The notes under the pieces: generated by a model | The model's database searches: none | What the model saw: the letters and a program-made list of their open reading frames with translations, nothing else | Told to the model about the DNA's origin: nothing | Virus record (IMG/VR): IMGVR_UViG_3300029337_000071 | Span: 11,801 to 75,800 of that record | DNA length: 64,000 nucleotides | Origin: a virus | Direction: 5' to 3' (one strand) | Program-made: the position numbers and the translations under genes | In this document: positions 49,426 through 57,081 of the stretch, piece by piece | Numbering within the stretch: the stretch's first letter is position 1 | Layout: every line of letters begins with the position of its first letter

Positions 49426-49704
49426 TCATTTACCTATTTTCATCCAACCATTTAAAAAATTCTTGTCATATAAATTCGGAATATCATTTCTGTTTCCTTC
49501 TACAAAATTAATAATATCCTGAATTAATTCTTGCATTCCACGAACGTTTAATTCAAATTTGTAATACTCTATGCAAAAAATAATATACTCTTTAATTTTT
49601 CTGCTTCCATATTTTCTATTTTGGTTTATTAAACTATGATATTCGTCCTCTGTTAAGATATATTTTTTTACTGTTTGATGTACTTCCATTTCTTGTATCT
49701 CCAT
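49426..49704 (-). CDS. hypothetical protein (92 aa)
   Basis: ORF. Confidence 0.4.
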   Translation of the reverse strand: MEIQEMEVHQTVKKYILTEDEYHSLINQNRKYGSRKIKEYIIFCIEYYKFELNVRGMQELIQDIINFVEGNRNDIPNLYDKNFLNGWMKIGK

Positions 49705-49734
49705 ATTTCACCTCATAATTCAAAGAAAAGAATT

Positions 49735-49899
49735 TTACTCTTTAAATGCATAGTCGCTTGCTACCCATTTATATCCACCAAATTCAAAATGCCAAAGATT
49801 ATCTTTTCCTAATTCTGCATCAACGACCTTTCCTTCGACTTGTTTCGCAATTCCACAATGTTTTCCGTATTCCATATAGCTTTTAATTATCTTTTTCAT
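49735..49899 (-). CDS. small hypothetical protein (54 aa)
   Basis: Unlisted ORF. GGAGGTAGAATTGT lies upstream of the ATG. Confidence 0.3.
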   Translation of the reverse strand: MKKIIKSYMEYGKHCGIAKQVEGKVVDAELGKDNLWHFEFGGYKWVASDYAFKE

Positions 49900-50014
49900 A
49901 CAATTCTACCTCCTGAAATGCTACGTTACTTTCATCTTGATTAGTTTCTTTGCATTTCTGTCTTCCAACATCTTAAAAATCAAATGCTCTACCAACTGAT
50001 TTAATGATTCAAGA

Positions 50015-50087
50015 CTAGGCTGGTGGGACTTGAATCCACGAATGTCAGAATCAAAATCTGATGTGTTGACCACTTCACCACATCCCA
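50015..50087 (-). tRNA. tRNA-Gln(UUG)-like, 73 nt, with non-canonical pairs; no encoded CCA
   Basis: Hand-folded. Acceptor UGGGAUG/CAGCCUA pairs 6 of 7. D-arm GUGA-AGUGGUCA-ACAC. Anticodon arm UCAGA-UUUUGAU-UCUGA is perfect, with U33 and A37. Variable loop is 5 nt. T-arm GUGGA-UUCAAGU-CCCAC. Confidence 0.4.
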
Positions 50088-50133
50088 TTAGTAAGGTGTG
50101 AGTTATATCACACCTTTTAATTAATATTAATAA

Positions 50134-51003
50134 TTACTTATCTGTTACAACTGTATTGTTAGTTCCAGAAATAGTAACCCAACCAAATTTATTTCTTGCT
50201 TCGGCTTCCTTCATTCTTATAAGCTCATCTGTAATAGAAGAACTTAACTTATTATTCGCCTCTGCCTGTGCTTTGGCTTCGATTAACTGTGCATCAGCCT
50301 TTGCTTGTGCTTCTGCCTTAGTTACTTCTGCATCAGCCTTTGCCTTATTAATAGCTGTCTGATTATTAATTTCCTGAGTTTCGGCTGCCTGCTGTGCTGT
50401 AATCTTTGCATTAATAGCTTCCTGTGTCTTTGTATCAACGGAAATATTAATCAATGATACATTACTAATCGCTATACCATATGGTTCAAACTTCTTATTA
50501 AGATAATCAGTTAATGCTGTATTTACATTTGCTCTTTCAGAACCAAGAATATCTGACACCTTATAGTTAGCAACAATTTCTTTAGTCCAAGAAATAATGT
50601 TAGGTTTAATAAAACTGTCTCTTACTTCCTTTCCAGATTGTCCTCTAAATCTTGTAAATAGATCAGCTACCTTATCAGGACTATACTGATATGTAAATGT
50701 AAGATCTATCTGCATAGCCTTACCCTCAGATGAACTCGCTGAAAAGCTGTCATCATCTTTAGAGTCTCCGTCCTTACCAGATGTTAAATAACTCTGTTCA
50801 AGACTCACCGAGTAAAGTGTCGTTTTTACAGTTGGTGACTTTAAATGCCATCCTTGTGTAAGAATATCGCCTTTTACTCCACCCGACATACTGTACTGTA
50901 CGGCAATATAGCCAGCAGGTACACGCACACTTGACATAAATAATAATATTGCTACAACAACAATTACTACTACTGTTACTACTCCTCCGATTGTTTTCTT
51001 CAT
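50134..51003 (-). CDS. SPFH/band-7 (prohibitin/HflC-like) domain membrane protein
   Basis: N-terminal TM helix, then an SPFH-like core and a C-terminal Ala/Lys/Glu-rich coiled coil. Confidence 0.55.
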   Translation of the reverse strand: MKKTIGGVVTVVVIVVVAILLFMSSVRVPAGYIAVQYSMSGGVKGDILTQGWHLKSPTVKTTLYSVSLEQSYLTSGKDGDSKDDDSFSASSSEGKAMQIDLTFTYQYSPDKVADLFTRFRGQSGKEVRDSFIKPNIISWTKEIVANYKVSDILGSERANVNTALTDYLNKKFEPYGIAISNVSLINISVDTKTQEAINAKITAQQAAETQEINNQTAINKAKADAEVTKAEAQAKADAQLIEAKAQAEANNKLSSSITDELIRMKEAEARNKFGWVTISGTNNTVVTDK

Positions 51004-51161
51004 TCTTTTGTCTCCTTTTCTTCGTTATTATTTATTTCATCTGTCGAAAATACTTTATTTATAACATTGATAACAAACTTACCAATTTTTTCAAATAAAG
51101 GTGACAGTAGAAACCATAAAATTATTAATCCTATTAAAACTAATATAAAAAATACTGACAT
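51000..51161 (-). CDS. small membrane protein (53 aa), translationally coupled (ATGA overlap) to the SPFH gene
   Basis: Unlisted ORF MSVFFILVLIGLIILWFLL... with GGAGAATAGTTAA upstream. Its stop overlaps the SPFH start. Confidence 0.4.
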   Translation of the reverse strand: MSVFFILVLIGLIILWFLLSPLFEKIGKFVINVINKVFSTDEINNNEEKETKE

Positions 51162-51276
51162 TTAACTATTCTCCTTTTCGTATTATATTTTTCTTCCATT
51201 AGCTTGATAATCTCAACATTTCTGTAGTATCTATATTGAATAATCATTTTACTGAGTAAAATGTTGTCTTAACCGT

Positions 51277-51312
51277 GTTTTGTATCTATGTTAAATTAAA
51301 CATATCTAAAAC
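51277..51312 (-). CRISPR. orphan degenerate CRISPR-like repeat (unit C) downstream of the nuclease gene
   Basis: GTTTTGTATCTATGTTAAATTAAACATATCTAAAAC is about 26 of 36 identical to the array repeat. Confidence 0.5.
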
Positions 51313-51420
51313 CTCAAATCACACAGATACTATTAACATAGATTCTAACGAGTGCCATTAATTAACAACCTCGCCATTCAGGTGCAAAATCACCTGCAAT
51401 CTTACGATTGATTAAGTAGC
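51313..51420 (-). ncRNA. conserved structured RNA element E1 (candidate tracrRNA/omega-RNA-like scaffold), directly after the nuclease stop codon
   Basis: Starts CTCAAA; contains hairpin CAGGTG-CAAAAT-CACCTG (51379..51396). Homologous to E2 and E3. Confidence 0.45.
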
Positions 51421-51422
51421 AC

Positions 51423-52811
51423 TTAAGCTACTTTATTATTCTCTGAACCATTCTTACTTTGTTCATATTTTTCAGAGATATCATAATATTCTCTTGCTTC
51501 CTGTTTACTCTTTTCAGTAACTTGTCCACTTCCCATCCAAAGAGTTGACATTGCAATGTTTCTGGCAGCATTGAAGTCTGCATTAAAACCAGTTTTTTCA
51601 TATTTTTTATGACTATCACAATTCTCATTTGCACATTCAAATACTGACTGTGACTTTCTCTGACCAAACTCCCAATTACCACATACACTACAAATCTGTG
51701 ATGTATAACAAGGATTGATTTTTCTTACTTCTATTCCGTATTTAGCTGCTTTATATGTAATATAATCTTGAAGTTTATAATAACTCCAATTTCTCAGGAT
51801 AAAATCACTTGTATCATATCCTGTTAAATTCTCAATATTTATGTATTTAGCATTATGTTTTAAAGCAAAATCAACGACTCTTTTACTTATCATATGACAA
51901 TATGTTTCAACAAAATGTACTTCTGCTTTCTGCAATCTTTCTAATGCTTTCAGTTTCTTTGCTCTACCATGACCACCAGAAGTATTTCGTAATGACTTCT
52001 GTAATCTTTTTCTCTGAGCTTGCATTTTAGTTCTTATTCTTAGAAAATCATCTGCATTTCCAATTGCCAATCTCTCGTAAAGATTATTGTTTAAAGCACA
52101 CATAGCAGGAACTGCAATGCCTAAATCAACACCTACTACTATATTTTCATCCAGCTCTCTAAGTTGTTTTGGAATAGATATTGAGAGATTTAAAATGATT
52201 GACTTACCATCAATTTCAATGCTACTTCCTTGCACTTTATAATTCTCTTCTAATATATTCTGAATAACAGATCTTAACTCTAATGACCTATGCGGATTGC
52301 CAAACACAACCTTAAATACAATTTTATTAACCCACTTGACATATACCGCCAAATCAGAATCATTAATCTTGTCTAAAAAATCATGATATGTTTCATACTC
52401 ATGATAAAAAGTTAAGTTTCTGCCTCTTGTAATAAGTGGATTAGTTCTCTTATAATTTGTTACAGTTCGTTCACCTTTAGCCAATCCATTCTTTAAAGCT
52501 GTGCTGAAATCCTGCTTGACTTTCTGAGTAACGGCTGATGGAGTGTCTACACCAGTTGCAAAATCAATATCTTTTAATATGATATTAGAGTTTGTCATTA
52601 TTTCTTTCTGTCTTGCCTTAAATTCTTCATTCTTAATATCACGATTATATTTGTAATATTCACTCATAAGCTGTCCCATAAGCAGGTTACAAGCCTGATA
52701 TTGAGCATACTGACCATTTCTAATAAAATCATATACTCTATTGATTTCATCCTTATCTCCTACTGGAAATAATTTAATTTTTCTACAAATTGTCATTCTA
52801 TTGTTTCCCAT
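51423..52811 (-). CDS. cas12f: Cas12f (Cas14)/TnpB-family RNA-guided nuclease, 462 aa
   Basis: RuvC-I VGVDLGIAVPAMCALNN; Arg/Lys-rich bridge QRKRLQKSLRNTSGGHGRAKKLKALERLQK; RuvC-II INIENLTG; zinc finger CYTSQICSVCG...ECANENC; RuvC-III NADFNAARNIA; N-terminal KIKLFPVGD. Collinear with Cas14a/Un1Cas12f1 from memory. Confidence 0.7.
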   Translation of the reverse strand: MGNNRMTICRKIKLFPVGDKDEINRVYDFIRNGQYAQYQACNLLMGQLMSEYYKYNRDIKNEEFKARQKEIMTNSNIILKDIDFATGVDTPSAVTQKVKQDFSTALKNGLAKGERTVTNYKRTNPLITRGRNLTFYHEYETYHDFLDKINDSDLAVYVKWVNKIVFKVVFGNPHRSLELRSVIQNILEENYKVQGSSIEIDGKSIILNLSISIPKQLRELDENIVVGVDLGIAVPAMCALNNNLYERLAIGNADDFLRIRTKMQAQRKRLQKSLRNTSGGHGRAKKLKALERLQKAEVHFVETYCHMISKRVVDFALKHNAKYINIENLTGYDTSDFILRNWSYYKLQDYITYKAAKYGIEVRKINPCYTSQICSVCGNWEFGQRKSQSVFECANENCDSHKKYEKTGFNADFNAARNIAMSTLWMGSGQVTEKSKQEAREYYDISEKYEQSKNGSENNKVA

Positions 52812-52892
52812 AATTTGTAAATCTCCTTTTATATTTTTTGTAATTTTAAATATCTCTAAAATTAAACAGTTTACAAGTACAACAACGCAAGT

Positions 52893-53059
52893 GTTTTATA
52901 CCTATGTAATTTTATATGTATCTAAAACTGTCATTAACTTTTATTTTCATATTTTTAGTTTTATACCTATGTAATTTTATATGTATCTAAAACGTATAGT
53001 TTGCCACTATATCTGCAAATGGTGTTTTATACCTATGTAATTTTATATGTATCTAAAAC
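52893..53059 (-). CRISPR. mini CRISPR array 1: three identical 36-nt repeats (GTTTTATACCTATGTAATTTTATATGTATCTAAAAC) and two spacers of 29 and 30 nt
   Basis: Repeats at 52893-52928, 52958-52993 and 53024-53059. Spacers are tgtcattaacttttattttcatattttta and gtatagtttgccactatatctgcaaatggt. Strand is uncertain; minus is inferred from the co-oriented gene and leader-like E elements. Confidence 0.7.
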
Positions 53060-53158
53060 CTCAAACTTATTACATAGATTTTCATGAGTTGCATTGCACT
53101 CACGATTCGGCAGTAAAATCTACCGCAATAGAATTGATTTTAATTTCATTTATATATT
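53060..53158 (-). ncRNA. conserved structured RNA element E2 (candidate scaffold/tracr-like or leader) between the two arrays
   Basis: Starts CTCAAA; hairpins GAGTTGCATTGCACTC and CGGCAG-TAAAAT-CTACCG (53108..53125); contains an inverted copy (ATTACATAG) of the repeat core. Confidence 0.45.
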
Positions 53159-53322
53159 CTTTTAATGAGATGTAATTTTATATACTTCTAAAATTTTATA
53201 ACTTGTGTCGATATATATCATGTAATTTTGCTAGTATGTAACTATACTTCCAAAACAACTGAAACATCTCCTCTCTGTTGCCAGGTATTTTGTTAGTATG
53301 TAATTTCATATACTTCCAAAAC
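53159..53322 (-). CRISPR. mini CRISPR array 2: three degenerate repeats (36, 32 and 36 nt) and two 30-nt spacers
   Basis: Repeats at 53159-53194, 53225-53256 and 53287-53322 (ATTTTGTTAGTATGTAATTTCATATACTTCCAAAAC type). Spacers are tttataacttgtgtcgatatatatcatgta and aactgaaacatctcctctctgttgccaggt. Confidence 0.55.
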
Positions 53323-53405
53323 TTCAAATTACATATAAATTACATACTTTTCAGTGAGTGATATAATCCTCACTATTCGGACTCAAAATAGCCCGTAGTC
53401 AAAAG
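53323..53405 (-). ncRNA. conserved structured RNA element E3
   Basis: Starts TTCAAA; hairpins GTGAGTGATATAATCCTCACT and CGGACT-CAAAAT-AGCCCG (53378..53395); contains an anti-repeat-like ACATATAAATTACATA. Confidence 0.45.
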
Positions 53406-53487
53406 ACTAATTGTTATAGGATAAACTGGCTTGAATTAGCCAAATAGATTTGTTATAATAGAACATATATAGTTTATCCTATATTTT

Positions 53488-53530
53488 ATTCTCTGAGCAG
53501 ATTGTTTAGGTCGGCAAACTTTTGCAATCT
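53488..53530. terminator. long imperfect hairpin (GAGCAGATTG...CAATCTGTTC) flanked by T-rich sequence on the plus strand
   Basis: 10-bp stem with one mismatch, located between the CRISPR region and the next gene. Confidence 0.3.
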
Positions 53531-53538
53531 GTTCTCTT

Positions 53539-53682
53539 CTATTTAATATCTTCCCAATCGGTTTCATCCTTATCATTAGAAAAATTCATGAATAAGTGAA
53601 TATATAATTCAATAATTCGCTCCTTTGATAAGGCTTGTAACTGTTTTCTAAGTTCATTTCGCTTATTTGTATCTTTATCCAT
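53539..53682 (-). CDS. small hypothetical protein (47 aa)
   Basis: Unlisted ORF. AGGAGAATAATAAA lies upstream of the ATG. Confidence 0.3.
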   Translation of the reverse strand: MDKDTNKRNELRKQLQALSKERIIELYIHLFMNFSNDKDETDWEDIK

Positions 53683-53701
53683 TTTATTATTCTCCTGTAT
53701 T

Positions 53702-53902
53702 TTAGCATCTTACTAACAAGCTACTTATATCATCAGCAAGTACTTCTCTGTCAGTAACAATCCATTGACACCTAAAATCTCTATCTGCACATAACGAAGT
53801 AAAATCAGCATAACTTTGTATCTTATCTGGCTTTGCTATTGCTCTATAACACTGTTTTCTTCTTTCACATGTTTTGCTTGTACACATTGTAATATCTGGC
53901 AT
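53702..53902 (-). CDS. Cys-rich hypothetical protein (66 aa)
   Basis: ORF. Confidence 0.4.
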   Translation of the reverse strand: MPDITMCTSKTCERRKQCYRAIAKPDKIQSYADFTSLCADRDFRCQWIVTDREVLADDISSLLVRC

Positions 53903-53904
53903 AG

Positions 53905-54099
53905 TTATTTTTCTCCCTTATACTCTTTTAAAATATCCTGTAAATTGCTATAATGTATATACATAAATTGACCATACCCATTATCTTTTTTGAATCCGTC
54001 TAATTGCATATATAAACAAATATCAGACAAGGTTTCCATTATTTCAATTTGCATTTTCTTTTTTAATACAATACTTTTTAACAATGTTTTAATTAACAC
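53905..54099 (-). CDS. hypothetical protein (64 aa)
   Basis: ORF. Confidence 0.35.
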   Translation of the reverse strand: MLIKTLLKSIVLKKKMQIEIMETLSDICLYMQLDGFKKDNGYGQFMYIHYSNLQDILKEYKGEK

Positions 54100-55633
54100 T
54101 AGCTGTTCTTCCTTTCTCCATATTATTTAAGAAATTTATGTAATTATCAAAATCTCTCTTCATATATCTATAATTTACTTCCTGCGAAGAACTATATGTC
54201 TTATCAATTGAATTCTTCTGATACTGTTCAATCCAAGTTGCAAGTTCTTCATCCTTATCAGTTTTATAAGCATAAGCTGTTAATGCCATTAACGCTGCTT
54301 CACACTGTTTATATAACGATGAATTTATATCAATATATACATCAACAAAATCTTGATATTCACTTATATCTTCATTCTCTATATCTTCTGCCACACTATT
54401 TTGAACAAACTGTAATACATCAGAACTACCCGTATTCTGTTCTGATATATTACTATCTGTTTCATCGTCTTCATTAGAAGACATAGTATTATTCTCTGTT
54501 TCAGAGATAATTTGTACTGTGTTTTCTGTTGTATTTTCAACAACTTCTTCGATTTCTGAATGAGTTTCTTCCTTATTTATATGTAAATATTCTTCCATAA
54601 GCTTAGTAACCATATCTAACTTAGCCATTACAACTTTTTTATCCTTTGTGCTTCGGTTGCTATCATATGTATCAAATGATTCATTATCATATTCTTTAAA
54701 TGTCATGCTATGTAATATTCCCTGAAATTCATTTAAGAAATCAGCAAATTTAATATCTTCTATGTTATATGAAGTAAACTTATGAAAAGCTGCCAACCAA
54801 ATAAAGCTATTCTTGCTATTAAATAACTGTCCGTTAGTATCTTGATCTATTACTTTTTGTAATCTATTAAGTTCCTCTTCTAATATATTGAATTCCTCTT
54901 CTGCGGCATTTTCATTAAGATACTTAGCCATAGCTGCGTTTTTCTTCCAAGAATCAGAATGGAACATTAACATTAATGACTCTTCAACTACTCTATTTAA
55001 TACTTCTTTCTTTCTTTCAGGTGCTGTATATTCACCACAGTCCAAGAAGAATCTATTCTTTGTAACCCTTTTAAGTGAATCTACCACTTTATACATCATC
55101 AAAACATTTTTCTGATTTGTATTCATACTTGTCTGCTTATTATATCTATCAATATGATAAGCTATCTCTTCATTAGTACAATCAAGATGCTTAACTATAT
55201 CTACCTGGAAATTATCAAATTCTTCTCTTAACTCATCTGGAAGGTCTTTGTATTTCTTACCTCTTAAATCATACTCAACAACATTACCACTTCCATCTTC
55301 AGCTTGATAAGCTATCATAGGCATTCTCAATGATTTTCCCATTGCAAAGACATTATTTTTAAACTCTTCCAATACAGTTAATCTCTGTAATCCATCAATA
55401 AGCCAGTTTGTGAAACTATTTTCGTAAATCTGTTCACATAATTTAATTGAATCAATATCTTCATGTTTAATTACACTGGCAGCAAGTCCAGATTTTGCTT
55501 CGTCCGACCACTGATCAGGTTTTCTCTGTAATGGATGATTCTTATTGATTACATTTGTTCTAAACTGCTTAATCACCGTTCCTAACATTAATTGTGTCTT
55601 TACTACCTTATCTCTTCCTAACATTACTGCCAT
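54089..55633 (-). CDS. DUF262 (ParB/Srx-like nuclease domain) protein with acidic C-terminal region
   Basis: IDGLQRLT (DGQQR motif of DUF262) near the N-terminus; 514 aa; AAGGGAGAATATTACA RBS upstream. Confidence 0.5.
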   Translation of the reverse strand: MAVMLGRDKVVKTQLMLGTVIKQFRTNVINKNHPLQRKPDQWSDEAKSGLAASVIKHEDIDSIKLCEQIYENSFTNWLIDGLQRLTVLEEFKNNVFAMGKSLRMPMIAYQAEDGSGNVVEYDLRGKKYKDLPDELREEFDNFQVDIVKHLDCTNEEIAYHIDRYNKQTSMNTNQKNVLMMYKVVDSLKRVTKNRFFLDCGEYTAPERKKEVLNRVVEESLMLMFHSDSWKKNAAMAKYLNENAAEEEFNILEEELNRLQKVIDQDTNGQLFNSKNSFIWLAAFHKFTSYNIEDIKFADFLNEFQGILHSMTFKEYDNESFDTYDSNRSTKDKKVVMAKLDMVTKLMEEYLHINKEETHSEIEEVVENTTENTVQIISETENNTMSSNEDDETDSNISEQNTGSSDVLQFVQNSVAEDIENEDISEYQDFVDVYIDINSSLYKQCEAALMALTAYAYKTDKDEELATWIEQYQKNSIDKTYSSSQEVNYRYMKRDFDNYINFLNNMEKGRTASVN

Positions 55634-55651
55634 TGTAATATTCTCCCTTCT

Positions 55652-56308
55652 TTAATTAAATAATAATGATATGTATTCGTATGACTTTAGAATCTTCATA
55701 CAGTCTAATAATTGTTGTTCTGTTATATGTAATAATTCCATAATTTCATCTCGATTGTATTCTTGAGAAAATAACTTTGCTACGCCTCTAACTCTTTTAG
55801 GTAAATTGCTAAGATATAGTTCAACCTTATCTGTATATTCCTCCGCAATGAGAATATCTTCTATGTTTATCTTGGATGATAGTGTTTCTTTTAAATTCTG
55901 TGTTTCGTCACTATCCAAGTCAAATGAAACATTGTCAATTCTTATAGGTCTTTTCTTGCCATTAACATCTTCATATATAATCTTTCCATTACCATCTCTG
56001 GCAAGATTATTTCGGCAGCCTGTATATTTATTATCCCGAAACCAACTGTAAGACGATCTTGAAATATTACTCGTTAGGTAAGTTTCAAATTTTGCCTTAC
56101 TTTTAGCGTCATATGTAACTAAAGATTCTATTAATACTTCTATAGCATCGTCAAGCAATTCATCTTCTTCGTAATTATCAACCTTACCTTTCCATATTTT
56201 ATAGCAAATATTTTTTAACTTCTTCATTTCATTTGCCATATATAAATCAAGTATTTCTGACAATTTAGGATTGTTTTTAATAACCAACATCATTTCTTTA
56301 TTAATCAT
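55652..56308 (-). CDS. sigma-70 family RNA polymerase sigma factor-like protein
   Basis: C-terminal region-4-like HTH LSNLPKRVRGVAKLFSQEYNRDEIMELLHITEQQL. Confidence 0.45.
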   Translation of the reverse strand: MINKEMMLVIKNNPKLSEILDLYMANEMKKLKNICYKIWKGKVDNYEEDELLDDAIEVLIESLVTYDAKSKAKFETYLTSNISRSSYSWFRDNKYTGCRNNLARDGNGKIIYEDVNGKKRPIRIDNVSFDLDSDETQNLKETLSSKINIEDILIAEEYTDKVELYLSNLPKRVRGVAKLFSQEYNRDEIMELLHITEQQLLDCMKILKSYEYISLLFN

Positions 56309-56344
56309 GCCATCTACCTACCTTTCCATTTATATATTCTCGAT

Positions 56345-56938
56345 TTACTTCGCACTTTTTTCATCTTCTTCTATTTCCGTAACACGATACTTATATTTTC
56401 TATGTAATAATCCATCAACAGCTTTCTGAATACGCTCTTTTTGAAATTTTGATGGTTGCTTTATTTCATCCAATACATCAGATATAATCATTAGTTCATC
56501 CTTTAATTCACGTCTTCTTCTACGATTCTTACGAAGTCTGACATATAACAGATATCCTTTATACATATTCATATCATTCTCTAATTCAGCATCATGAACA
56601 ATATCTATAAGTTCATCATCACAAGTATTAAGTTCAGCTATGAGTATGTTACTTCTCGCTTCCGCTTCATTTAACGTCTGTCCAATTGAACCGAATTTAT
56701 CAATCCATTGTGAAACGGATTCGGGTATTTTATATGTATTATTTTCTATGGTTTTAGGTGGTATATCAGGTATTGCTTCGATATGAAAACCATATCTCTT
56801 TAATGTTTTTGGTAATGAATGTAATATATTTCTTGCTTTTGTTTCACTAAATATACCTTTCATTTTTTCTGCACAAGTTTCTGTTTTCCCATTATTGACA
56901 CGGATATAAACTTTGCCACTTCTTATTACATAATCCAA
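56345..56938 (-). CDS. hypothetical protein with basic/coiled-coil C-terminus (start uncertain, TTG)
   Basis: ORF. AAGGGAGTGA lies upstream of the TTG at LDYVIRSGK. Confidence 0.35.
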   Translation of the reverse strand: MDYVIRSGKVYIRVNNGKTETCAEKMKGIFSETKARNILHSLPKTLKRYGFHIEAIPDIPPKTIENNTYKIPESVSQWIDKFGSIGQTLNEAEARSNILIAELNTCDDELIDIVHDAELENDMNMYKGYLLYVRLRKNRRRRRELKDELMIISDVLDEIKQPSKFQKERIQKAVDGLLHRKYKYRVTEIEEDEKSAK

Positions 56939-57051
56939 AAAAATCACTCCCTTCTGATTTTTGGCGTACTTTAATAAACTTTGGGTATACCAAAGAAAAA
57001 TTAAAACACTATTAAATTTGGTAATTTTTGGAAAAAATGTACGAAAGTACA

Positions 57052-57081
57052 TTGACTAAAAATAAAGAAATATCATATAAT
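57052..57081 (+). promoter_or_regulatory. near-consensus sigma-70 promoter, TTGACT-18-TATAAT
   Basis: Seen directly in the 340-bp non-coding region; faces a 14-codon ORF (MMMFKKCLVARASV) and an AT-rich tract. Confidence 0.45.

Noticed and set aside
49985-50012. Second tRNA candidate around the TCAGTTGGTAGAGC D-arm-like sequence
   Set aside because: No matching acceptor, anticodon or T arms could be drawn. It is treated as a fragment and mentioned under the tRNA finding.
51428-51688. 86-aa ORF inside the nuclease gene
   Set aside because: It is an alternative frame of the Cas12f-like gene.
52812-52892. AT-rich segment between nuclease start and first repeat as a CRISPR leader
   Set aside because: It could equally be the nuclease promoter and 5' UTR. 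The leader assignment depends on unresolved array orientation, so it is not annotated separately.
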